Source: an uncultured delta proteobacterium (lineage in GTDB: Bacteria > Desulfobacterota > RBG-13-43-22). From it: a stretch of DNA of 64,000 bases. A program made the position numbers and the translations under genes. Each line of letters starts with the position of its first letter. The first letter of the stretch is position 1. Shown piece after piece: positions 40,776-49,757 of the stretch. The DNA is taken from positions 1-64,000 of the forward strand of contig CAWBOS010000010.1 in NCBI GenBank assembly GCA_963790475.1, given 5' to 3'. Below the pieces are notes generated by a model. That model saw only the letters and a list, made by a program, of their open reading frames with translations, was not told where the DNA came from and ran no database searches.

Positions 40776-41657
40776 ATGAAATATGCCTTCTTTTTAGGAT
40801 GTACGGTTCCGGTTCGCAATCTGAACTATGAGCTATCCGCCCGGTGGGTGGCCCGGGAATTGGGATTGGAACTGGTTGATCTCGAAGATTTTCAATGCTG
40901 TGGATTTCCCTTAAAATCGATCAATAATTTTGATTCCCTGGTTGTCGCCGCCCGCAACCTGGCTTTGGCTGAACAGGCCGATCTGCCGGTTTGCACCTTA
41001 TGCAGCGCCTGTGGCGGCTTTTTAAGCGAGGCCAATCACCTGCTTCAACACCGCAGCGATTTAAAAACTCAGGTCAATGACCGATTGAAGGATTCCGGGT
41101 TGGAATATAAGGGAACAACCCAGGTCAAACATTTTATTCGTATCCTCTATGAAGAGATAGGAATTGAAAGAATACGGGAAAAAATCATTCGTCCGCTTTC
41201 CGGGTTTACCTTCGCCCCTCACTATGGCTGTCATTATATCAAACCGGCCCGGACCGCCGGCGGGATTGATCCGGTGGAGAATCCTAAATCATTGAGCGAA
41301 TTGATTGAAGTCACCGGGGCTAAGGCCCTCCATTATGAAACCCTGCTGGATTGCTGCGGGGGGAGTGTCTTGGGGGTCAAAGAGGATCTGGCCAATACCC
41401 TGGCCGGGAACAAACTCTCCGAAGTGGACCGGTTGGGAGGAAACGGGCTGGTCTTGATCTGCCCCTTCTGTAATGTAATGTTTGAAGGACAGCAAAAAAA
41501 GATAGAAAAAAAACTTGAACAAAAATTGAAGGTGCCTGTTCTGTACTACCCCCAGCTTTTGGGTTTGGCCCTGGGGGCCTCCCCGGAAGCCTTGGGATTT
41601 AAATTGAATCGAATCAAGGATAAAGAATTTTTAAACCGTTTTGAGGGGAGGGTCTGA
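40776..41657 (+). CDS. hdrB: heterodisulfide reductase subunit B
   Basis: FLGC, QCCG, CSAC, HYGCH, DCCGG, CPFC and YYPQLLGLALG. Confidence 0.92.
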   Translation: MKYAFFLGCTVPVRNLNYELSARWVARELGLELVDLEDFQCCGFPLKSINNFDSLVVAARNLALAEQADLPVCTLCSACGGFLSEANHLLQHRSDLKTQVNDRLKDSGLEYKGTTQVKHFIRILYEEIGIERIREKIIRPLSGFTFAPHYGCHYIKPARTAGGIDPVENPKSLSELIEVTGAKALHYETLLDCCGGSVLGVKEDLANTLAGNKLSEVDRLGGNGLVLICPFCNVMFEGQQKKIEKKLEQKLKVPVLYYPQLLGLALGASPEALGFKLNRIKDKEFLNRFEGRV

Positions 41658-41659
41658 TT

Positions 41660-42091
41660 ATGGAAATGGAAGGTTACTTTTTCCCGGATGATTTGTGGTA
41701 TGATAAAAATCATTTTTGGGCGCGGATCGAGGGCGATCACTTGGTGATGGGTACCACCGACTTCGCTCAAAGGCTGGCCGGCGATATCGGCTATGTGGAA
41801 CTGCCGGAAGAAGGGCGGAAGGTCCAGCAGGGCAAGCCCTTCGGTTCGATTGAATCCGGGAAATGGGTGGGGAGGATCTATGCGGTATTTTCCGGAGAGG
41901 TGACCGCAGTCAATGAAGCCCTGGAAGATCAACCGGAACTCATCAATGCCTCTCCCTATGACGAGGGCTGGATCTGTAAGATCGCTCCCGAGAATCTGGA
42001 AGGGGAAAAACAAAATCTGATGACCGCCGCGGATCTTAAACCGTTTATAGAGGCCGAGATCCTCCGGGTGAAAGAGTTGATGAACAAATAA
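41660..42091 (+). CDS. GcvH-like lipoyl-carrier protein (LbpA-like ESGKWV motif)
   Basis: HFW, GTTDFAQ..GDI, IESGKWVG, VNEAL..PELIN.SPY..GWI. Confidence 0.88.
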   Translation: MEMEGYFFPDDLWYDKNHFWARIEGDHLVMGTTDFAQRLAGDIGYVELPEEGRKVQQGKPFGSIESGKWVGRIYAVFSGEVTAVNEALEDQPELINASPYDEGWICKIAPENLEGEKQNLMTAADLKPFIEAEILRVKELMNK

Positions 42092-42095
42092 AAGC

Positions 42096-42204
42096 AGGTA
42101 CACGGTAGAAGGTATAAGGTTTACGGTATAAGGTTCAAAACCAAAGGGGAAAAACTTCTCCCTAAAATCTTACACCTTAAACCTCGCACCTCAAACCTTA
42201 AACC
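42096..42204. repeat. period-7 inverted repeat (AGGTNNA / CCTNNAA)
   Basis: aggtaca cggtaga aggtata aggttta cggtata aggttca ... ccttaaa cctcgca cctcaaa ccttaaa. Confidence 0.75.
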
Positions 42205-42227
42205 ATTTTGAGGGGAAGGAGTCTTAC

Positions 42228-44811
42228 ATGGGGTATGTTGAAGAATTAAAAACCATCGTCGGTGGAGAAAATGTCCATACCGGAATGATTGATCGAATCG
42301 GTTTTTCCCGGGACATGTCGGTTCATGAAGGTCTTCCTGATGTGATTGTTTTTGCCCAGACCTCGGATCAGGTCAGCCGGATTGTCAAAATTGCTGCCGC
42401 CCAAAACATCCCGGTTGTGCGCCCGTGGGGCAGGCACCAGTGTGACCGGAGCGGTGTTGCCGGCCAAGGGAGGCATCCTGCTGGATCTTTCCCGGATGAA
42501 TCAAGTCCTGGAACTCAATAAAAACGACGGTTATGTTATTGTCGAACCGGGGATAATCTGCAATGCCTTGAACGCCCGGTTGGAACCGACCCATTTTTTC
42601 CCACCCGATCCGGGCAGCGCCCCGGCCTGCACCATCGGCGGTATGATCGCCTGTAATGCCAGCGGGGTTCGGGCGGTCAAGTACGGAACCACCAGGGATT
42701 ATGTCAAGGGTCTGGAAGTGGTCTTGGCCGACGGCCAAGTGATCCATACCGGGACGCTGGCCCCTAAAAGTTCGGCCGGTTATGATCTGACCCGTCTATT
42801 TTGCACCTCTGAAGGGACCCTGGGGATAATCACCGCGGCCACCTTAAAGATTCTGCCCAAACCGGCCTATCTGGCCTTTGCCAAATTGCTCTTCCCTTCG
42901 GTCGATCAAGCCGGAGAAGCGGTGGTTAAGATATTGACCTCAGGCATCCCCTTGTCCGCCTGTGAGATCCTGGACGAGGTTTCCATCGGAGTGGTCAAAC
43001 AGGCCATGAAACTGGAAATCCCTCCCGAGGTCAAATGCCTTCTTTTTGTCGAGATCGACGGACACCGTCAAGCGATTTTGGATCAGATGACGCAAATTGA
43101 TGCCATCTGCAAAGAATTCGGGGGACTGGGGAATGAATGGTCCGATGACCCGGCCAAACGCCTGATCATGTGGTCGGCCAGGCAGGGACTGGTTCCTTCC
43201 CTGTCGCGAGTCAAGCCGGGTTACCGGCAGATTCCGATTGTCGAAGATTTTGGGGTGCCCATCAGCCAAATAAAGTCCATCATCCATGAAATTCAGAAAA
43301 TCGGGCGGGAACATGACTCTCCTATCGCCACCTTCGGCCATATCGGGGACGGAAATCTCCATGCCGTGCTGATTATGGATGTGCGTAAATCCAAGGAATG
43401 GGAGACCCTGCGCCAGATCGGCCGGGATTTTCTGGCCCTGACCTTGAAATATAAAGGGACCCTGACCGCCGAACATGGACTGGGGATGGCCAAATCGCCA
43501 TTTATCAAAGAAGAGCTGGGGGCATCCTTAGAAGTCATGAAGACCATAAAAAAGGCTTTAGATCCCCAAAATATCCTCAATCCGGGAAAACTGGGATTTG
43601 AGGACAGCATCAGGGATATTTATGAAAAGTCGGCTTATGCCCCTTTGATTGAAAAACCGGAAGCCTTTAAAAGTTTTGGGGAAAAGATTGACCATGAAAT
43701 TATGGCCTGCATCTTGTGCGGGTTCTGCCGGGCGGGATGCCCCACCTATGCCCAAACCGGCCTGGAAACCATGAATGCCCGGGGCAGGGTCCTGTTGGCC
43801 TTCGATTTGATGAGCGGCCGTCTGGAGCCCTCCGAAGAGATGGCCAAGCGACTGTATCAGTGCACCACTTGTCTCAATTGTAAATATACCTGTCCTTCCC
43901 GGGTAGAGGTGGCCGATGTGATGCAGGCGGCCCGTAAAAGATTGGCCGACAGCGGATTCCTGCCTCCGGTCTTTCAAAGCAGCAGTAAAAGCATCGCCCA
44001 ATACGGCAATCCTTTCGGCGAACCCAGGGAGAAGCGAACCGATGTCTTTCCTGCCGGATTTAAAACAGGTGGTCAGGGGGCCGAGGTCCTGCTCTTTGCC
44101 GGATGTGTGGCTTCCTATCAGGACATCAACATGATTCCCAACCTGATGACCATATTGGACAAGGCCGGTATCTCCTATACGACTCTGGGACAGGAGGAGG
44201 ATTGCTGCGGATATTTGAGCTATTTGATCGGGGCCGAAGAAGATTTTCAAACTTGTGTAAAAAACAACACCAAAAAATTTACCGACCTGGGGGTCAAGGA
44301 AATCGTCACCAGTTGCCCGGGGTGTTTTCGAACTCTTTCCAAATTGTATCCCCAATTTGGCGGAAATGCGGGGCTAAAGGTCCATCATGTGGTCACTTAT
44401 CTGAATGACCTGATGAGCCAGGGGAAGATCTCCTTAAAAGAGAAGGGATCATTAACTGTGGCCTACCATGACCCCTGCGATCTGGGGCGTCATATGCAGG
44501 TTTTTGAAGAGCCCAGGAATCTCCTGAAACAAATCCCCGGAGTGCAGCTAAATGAATTTAAGATGAATCGCCTTTTGGCCAAATGCTGCGGCAGCGGGGG
44601 AGGGGTCAAAGGTTTTGACAACCAGCTCAGTCAGGACATCGCCTACGACCGGGTCCTCCAGGCCCTGGAGGTTGGGGCCGAAGTAATCGTTTCCGCTTGC
44701 CCCTCCTGCAAGAGCAACCTGACCCAGGGGGCGGCCCGTCTGCGGAAGGAGAAAAAAGGAAAGATCAAGGTCAAAGACATTACTGAAATGATTGCTTCGG
44801 CCTTGGCCTAA
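42228..44811 (+). CDS. FAD-linked 2-hydroxyacid oxidoreductase (GlcD/LdhD) fused to Fe-S and two CCG domains (one +1 frameshift near 42420)
   Basis: RGAGTS, FPPDP, SEGTLG, GHIGDGNLH, EHGLG, ILNPGK, two CxxCxxCxxxCP, CCG and YHDPCDLGR. Confidence 0.88.
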
Positions 44812-44885
44812 TAAAACAAGAATCCAGAATCCAGAGTCAGAATTCAGAAAGAAACCTTTATCAAAAAGGTATGAAGTCTTGTTGA

Positions 44886-45066
44886 GATGAACTCGCAAAA
44901 AGTTGCCGAAATCCGTATTAGTCATTCCGGTCCCGCATCAAGTGCCGGATAGACTCCAGCCGGAATCCAGTGATTTTAAGTAGTCTTTGATCTCCTGGAC
45001 CCCGGTTTTTGCCCCCGGATTGAAACTTTCCGGGGCAGGCTTGGTGACGACTTTTTGCGAATCCAT
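44886..45066. repeat. MITE family A, full copy with nested palindromes
   Basis: terminal inverted repeats ATGAACTCGCAAAAAGT / ACTTTTTGCGAATCCAT around the GTCATTCCGG core. Confidence 0.75.
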
Positions 45067-45145
45067 TTTATTGATATTTTTAACTCATGCCTCTTATTGA
45101 GAATGAATTGACTTAAAAATCCTTGAGGAAAAGGAGAATATAATT

Positions 45146-46723
45146 ATGGCCAAAAGTAATTGGATGCACATGGGAACGGTACTCAAGATGAATGCCGTCA
45201 ACTTTCCGGACAAGCTTGGATGGCAGGACAAATCCAAAGAATTCACTTTTAAACAATGGAACGATCGCTCCTGTCGTTTGGCCAACGGTTTTAAAAAAAT
45301 GGGAGTTGGACATAGAGACCGTTTTGCCGTTCTGGCCTATAATCGGGGAGAATGGATGGATATCTATGCCGGGGCGGCCAAGGGGGGCCAGGTCATCGTT
45401 CCCCTGATGTTCAGGCTGGCCGGGCCGGACATCGAATTTATTGTCAATCATTCGGAATGCAAGGGAATGATCGTTGAGGCGCCTTTTGTTGATCTGGTCA
45501 ACGGGATCAAAGACAAACTGCAGGTTCCCAAAAATGCCTTTGTTTTTTTAGGGGAAGGCCCTGTGCCCAATGGATATATCGGCTACGAGGAATGGCTGGC
45601 CGGTTCCTCTCCTGAAGAACCGGATTTTGTGGTGGATGCCGCCGACCCCTGGACCTTTATGTACACTTCCGGCACCACCGGCCGTCCTAAAGGGGTGGTC
45701 CGCTCCCACGAAAGTTACATGGCCCAATATTACTTAGACATCATCAATATGGGTGTGCGCACTACAGATAAGGTGATGCTGGTCATGCCCATGTGCCACG
45801 TTAATTCCATTTTTTACTCTTTCCCCTACACCTTACTCACCGCCCCGGTCTTTGTCTACAACATGGTCTCCTTCGACCCCGAGGATCTCCTGAAGACTAT
45901 AGCCGAATATAAGATCACTTTTACCTCTCTGGTGCCCACCCACTACATCATGATCCTGTCCCTGCCGACTGAGATCAAGAATAGCATTGATGTCTCTTCC
46001 ATCCGGCAGCTTTTGATTTCTTCGGCCCCGGCCCGCAAGGACCTCAAGCTGGCCATTATGGATTACTTCAAGAATGCCGAACTGTGGGAGGCCTACGGGT
46101 CCACGGAAGGCGGGCTGGTGACCCTGCTCCGGCCGGAAGATCAATTTAAGAAATTAGGGTCTATCGGTCGTGAAATTTTCGGGACCGACCAAATCCGCAT
46201 TTTGAATGAAAAGCGTCAGCCGGTCCCGGAGGGAGAGGTAGGAGAGCTTTTTTACCGGACCCCCATGCTCTTTACCGAATACTGGAAAGAGCCGGAAAAA
46301 ACCAAAGAGGCCTTTGACAACGGCTGGTCTTCGGCCGGCGATATGGTCCGACGCGATGAAGACGGCTATTATGTCCTGGTGGACCGCAAGGCCAATATGA
46401 TTATCACCGGCGGGGAGAACGTCTATCCTTCCGAGGTGGAAAATGTGATCGGTAGTCATCCGGCGGTTAAAGATGTGGCTGTCATCGGGGTGCCGGATAA
46501 AAAATGGGGCGAGGCCATCAAGGCTATTGTTATCCTGCACGAAGGATATAAGGGAACCGCGGCCCTGGCCAAGGAAATCATTGATTACTGCCAGGGGAAA
46601 ATCGCCGCTTTTAAAAAACCCAAAACCATCGATTTTATCACCGACGCCGAAATGCCGCGAACCGGAACGGGGAAGATCCTGCACCGAATCTTGAGGGAAA
46701 AATACGGGAAGTGGAGTGATTAG
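45146..46723 (+). CDS. AMP-forming acyl-CoA synthetase
   Basis: YTSGTTGRPKG, YGSTEG, AGD, DRK..IITGGENVY and GKI. Confidence 0.93.
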   Translation: MAKSNWMHMGTVLKMNAVNFPDKLGWQDKSKEFTFKQWNDRSCRLANGFKKMGVGHRDRFAVLAYNRGEWMDIYAGAAKGGQVIVPLMFRLAGPDIEFIVNHSECKGMIVEAPFVDLVNGIKDKLQVPKNAFVFLGEGPVPNGYIGYEEWLAGSSPEEPDFVVDAADPWTFMYTSGTTGRPKGVVRSHESYMAQYYLDIINMGVRTTDKVMLVMPMCHVNSIFYSFPYTLLTAPVFVYNMVSFDPEDLLKTIAEYKITFTSLVPTHYIMILSLPTEIKNSIDVSSIRQLLISSAPARKDLKLAIMDYFKNAELWEAYGSTEGGLVTLLRPEDQFKKLGSIGREIFGTDQIRILNEKRQPVPEGEVGELFYRTPMLFTEYWKEPEKTKEAFDNGWSSAGDMVRRDEDGYYVLVDRKANMIITGGENVYPSEVENVIGSHPAVKDVAVIGVPDKKWGEAIKAIVILHEGYKGTAALAKEIIDYCQGKIAAFKKPKTIDFITDAEMPRTGTGKILHRILREKYGKWSD

Positions 46724-46822
46724 GGATGACAAGTTCGTAAAAGATTCCTTTGCCTGGATTTAGATTTCTTACGTAGCTATCGGCGGTGATAGTCTGGGAA
46801 AAAATCGGCGAGTCGTGTTTGG

Positions 46823-46900
46823 GTCATTCCGGCGAAAGCCGGAATCCAGGGTTATCAATGCTTATTAACCTCCTGGACCCCGGTTTTCACCGGGGCGACG
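46823..46900. repeat. MITE family A core
   Basis: GTCATTCCGGCGAAAGCCGGAATCCAG..CTGGACCCCGGTTTTCACCGGGGCGACG. Confidence 0.75.
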
Positions 46901-46951
46901 ATCTGATTGGGAATTCATCAGAGGGGATACAAATAATTCAGAGGAGGGATT

Positions 46952-47350
46952 ATGGCCAAGAAGATTATCTACTCCGTGATCATTGTCTTTCTGGTTTGGA
47001 GTGTCCTGGATTATGTGATACACCAACTGATCCTGGGGGCCAGTTATCAGGCTACAGCCAACCTCTGGCGGCCCATGGCCCAGATGAAAATGGGACTCAT
47101 GTATGTGATGGTTTTTCTGGTGTCCATTGCCTTTGTCTGTCTCTATGCCCTGTTTGTGAGCAATCAAGGGATCAAAACCGGTTTCTTCTTCGGATTGATC
47201 TACGGATTCGGGGCGGCTATCTCCATGGGCTACGGAACCTTTTCCTTCATGCCCATCCCCTATCACAGGGCCTTCACCTGGTTTCTGGGGTCCGTGGTGG
47301 AGTTCACCCTTGCCGGTCTGATCGTGGGCGGGATCTGCGGGAGGAAATAA
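46952..47350 (+). CDS. small four-TM membrane protein
   Basis: GAGGAGG RBS; four hydrophobic segments. Confidence 0.8.
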   Translation: MAKKIIYSVIIVFLVWSVLDYVIHQLILGASYQATANLWRPMAQMKMGLMYVMVFLVSIAFVCLYALFVSNQGIKTGFFFGLIYGFGAAISMGYGTFSFMPIPYHRAFTWFLGSVVEFTLAGLIVGGICGRK

Positions 47351-47375
47351 GCCCAACCATTAGGAGAAATTACCT

Positions 47376-48020
47376 ATGGCGAAATGCTGGTTCTGCAAAA
47401 CGACAAAAGGGAAGAGATATTGTTCGCCCATTGACAACCTTCTTTGCCCGGTTTGCTGCGGTGAAAAGAGATTAAAAAAAATCGACTGCAATGAAGATTG
47501 TAGATACCTTGAAGGGGTTGCCTTTCAAAAAAAGCGTGACCAGGAAAAAGAATTTTCAACCTTACTGGAAAGTGTTCCCCATGGACAACATAACGATATT
47601 TTGAATGAAACTGGAGTAGCATTGATCGCCGGGGAAATTGAAACTTTCGTCTGGGAAAAATATGTATTGGAAAACATCAACCTCACCGACAAGACCGTAT
47701 ATGAATCCTATAAAGAAATGTATAAACTTCATTTTGGTAATCAACCTCTTGAAGAACATCCTTCCGATTATTTTTTCCGAGAGTTAGAAAGACTCTATTT
47801 GGACAATAGAAGGCTTTGGGAATTGAAAACGAAGCATGAGAATATTGGCCGGGTATTTTTACGTTTAATGATTTCGATAAAAAATATGAGCGGGGGCCAA
47901 TTTGGAGAATTTGGGTATTTAAATTATCTGAAAAACAACTTTGGAAATATCGATACCGATGGGCAATTCATCGTTGAAGACAAGTTTGGAAACAAAACCG
48001 TGCGGACATTAAAACCTTAG
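47376..48020 (+). CDS. hypothetical protein with N-terminal Cys-rich (Zn-finger-like) domain
   Basis: CWFC..C..CPVCC..C...C; AGGAG RBS. Confidence 0.75.
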   Translation: MAKCWFCKTTKGKRYCSPIDNLLCPVCCGEKRLKKIDCNEDCRYLEGVAFQKKRDQEKEFSTLLESVPHGQHNDILNETGVALIAGEIETFVWEKYVLENINLTDKTVYESYKEMYKLHFGNQPLEEHPSDYFFRELERLYLDNRRLWELKTKHENIGRVFLRLMISIKNMSGGQFGEFGYLNYLKNNFGNIDTDGQFIVEDKFGNKTVRTLKP

Positions 48021-48091
48021 ATGAATCGGATGTAAATTCCGACTTGACATCGGTCTTAATTTGGTACTATAAAGAGACCGGAGGTGATTCC

Positions 48092-48373
48092 ATGAATATA
48101 TCCCAAGACATAAAACCGGTTACCTACCTTAAATCAAGAGCCTCGGATCTGTTAAAGCAAATTAATGAAACCCATCGACCGGTTATCATTACTCAAAATG
48201 GAGAACCACGGGCCGTTCTGCAAGATCCTAAAAGTTATGAGGATATGCGGAACGCAATCGGAATACTGAAACTGATTTCCCAGGGCGAAGAGGAGATACA
48301 GGAAGGTAAATCTAAATCTCAGCAGGAGGTTTTTAAGGAAATTGACAATCTCTTGAAAGAAAAGTTGAAATGA
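48092..48373 (+). CDS. Phd/YefM-family antitoxin
   Basis: DIKPVTYLK..PVIITQNGEPRAVL; GGAGG RBS; ATGA overlap with the toxin gene. Confidence 0.9.
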   Translation: MNISQDIKPVTYLKSRASDLLKQINETHRPVIITQNGEPRAVLQDPKSYEDMRNAIGILKLISQGEEEIQEGKSKSQQEVFKEIDNLLKEKLK

Positions 48374-48705
48374 CCTTCCGTTATGAAGTTATCTGGGGTA
48401 GTAGTGCCGAAAGTGATCTAAAAAGAATTATCGAATACATCGCAGAGGATAACCCATCAGATGCTCTGAAAATATTCAAAACCATAAAACAAAAGACTTC
48501 CGGCCTTTTCACCTTTCCCGAAAGAGGCCGCATCGTCCCGGAGTTGCGAGATCATGGTATTTTGCAGTATCGGGAATTGATTGTTCCGCCCTGGAGAATC
48601 CTTTATCGAATATCTGAAAAACAGGTGTATGTCCTTTCCGTTCTGGATTCACGTCAAAATATAGAAGATATCCTGTTAAATAGACTCATCCGTTCAAATA
48701 CATGA
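48370..48705 (+). CDS. RelE/ParE-family toxin
   Basis: AESDL..I.EYIA.DNP, FPERGRIVPEL and YRELIV.PWRILYR. Confidence 0.9.
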   Translation: MTFRYEVIWGSSAESDLKRIIEYIAEDNPSDALKIFKTIKQKTSGLFTFPERGRIVPELRDHGILQYRELIVPPWRILYRISEKQVYVLSVLDSRQNIEDILLNRLIRSNT

Positions 48706-48824
48706 AAACTCAAAGTTCTTGAAGGAAGCTAAAAAGAACTGGATAAACAGCAAGAAAGACTTATTATCCAGCCGTACAAGTATAGTAAACTTAATTAGTT
48801 ACACCAGAGAGTCTTTTCTATTTT

Positions 48825-48883
48825 ATTGAACAGGCTGAGACTTTCTGATATTATCCAGAAAACTGTTCAATGATTTGTTAGCA
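48825..48883 (+). repeat. degenerate attC/attI-like site
   Basis: ATTGAACAG..CTGTTCAAT-5 nt-GTTAGCA; left AAC box missing. Confidence 0.45.
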
Positions 48884-48913
48884 CTAATAAGAACATGGCA
48901 ATAGGATACGATT

Positions 48914-49648
48914 ATGACATGCAGATTATGCCTTCAAACTTGCGACATTTGCAATTCACATATCGTTCCTGAATTCTTTTACAAGACTTTGTACAGCAAA
49001 GAAAAGCATAAGTTTGTCCAGCTATCTGGACCACCAAAAGTGAGAAAGTGGCAAAAAGGTTTTAAGGAAAAATTGCTTTGTAGAAATTGTGAGGACAAGC
49101 TGAACAAATGGGAAACATACGCGGCTCGAGTCTTGGTTGGTGGCACTGAGATTGGTGTTGAAAAACTACAAGAAATGATCATGGTTCATGATGTTGATTA
49201 TAAAAAATTTAAACTATTTCAACTCTCTTTATTATGGCGTGCTGGAGTGTCCGGACTGCGGCAATTCTCCAATGTCAAATTAGGACCACACGAAGAAAAG
49301 CTACGTTGCATGATAGAAAAAGATAATCCGGGCGTACCTGCTGACTATGGCTGTCTCATCATTTTTACACCATCTTATTTTGATTTAACGAGTCAAATGA
49401 TGATGCTCCCTCAAGAGTCGAAATTTGATGGCCACCGTTGCTACATATTCATAATGGCAGGTATGACATGGGTATTTTTTGTTTCTAGCCACGTGAAACA
49501 ACTGCAACATACAGAAAAAATGTTCCTTGGACTAGATGGGGTCTTGCCTGTGATGATCGAGAATGCTGCATCCAAGCTTTTTTTTGAAAGAACGTTCAGA
49601 GAATGGAAAGAATCTGGCAACCTTGATAAAGCGCTCAAAAGAATCTGA
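48914..49648 (+). CDS. hypothetical protein with HNH-like Zn-binding N-terminus (cassette-borne)
   Basis: CRLC..SHIVP..LLCRNCE; bounded by GTTAGCA and TGCTAAC. Confidence 0.75.
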   Translation: MTCRLCLQTCDICNSHIVPEFFYKTLYSKEKHKFVQLSGPPKVRKWQKGFKEKLLCRNCEDKLNKWETYAARVLVGGTEIGVEKLQEMIMVHDVDYKKFKLFQLSLLWRAGVSGLRQFSNVKLGPHEEKLRCMIEKDNPGVPADYGCLIIFTPSYFDLTSQMMMLPQESKFDGHRCYIFIMAGMTWVFFVSSHVKQLQHTEKMFLGLDGVLPVMIENAASKLFFERTFREWKESGNLDKALKRI

Positions 49649-49678
49649 TGAAATCCTAAAGAGGATTGAGGATTGAAA

Positions 49679-49733
49679 TGCTAACTAAATCATTTCACCG
49701 GAGCGCTACCGCGCCCGGGAAATTTTTTGGGAA
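49679..49733 (+). repeat. attC-like site (right box degenerate)
   Basis: TGCTAAC..TTCACCGGAGCGC-TACC-GCGCCCGGGAA..TTTGGGA. Confidence 0.6.
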
Positions 49734-49757
49734 TAAATATATTGAACAGGAGAGACT

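Noticed and set aside
43558-44355. Long minus-strand ORFs opposite the redox genes
   Set aside because: Antisense to well-supported CDSs and lacking motifs
46786-47475. 229 aa ORF
   Set aside because: Runs through a MITE and overlaps the better-supported membrane protein in another frame
48044-48091. TTG start of the antitoxin at 48044
   Set aside because: It is the TTGACA -35 box; ATG 48092 has a GGAGG RBS
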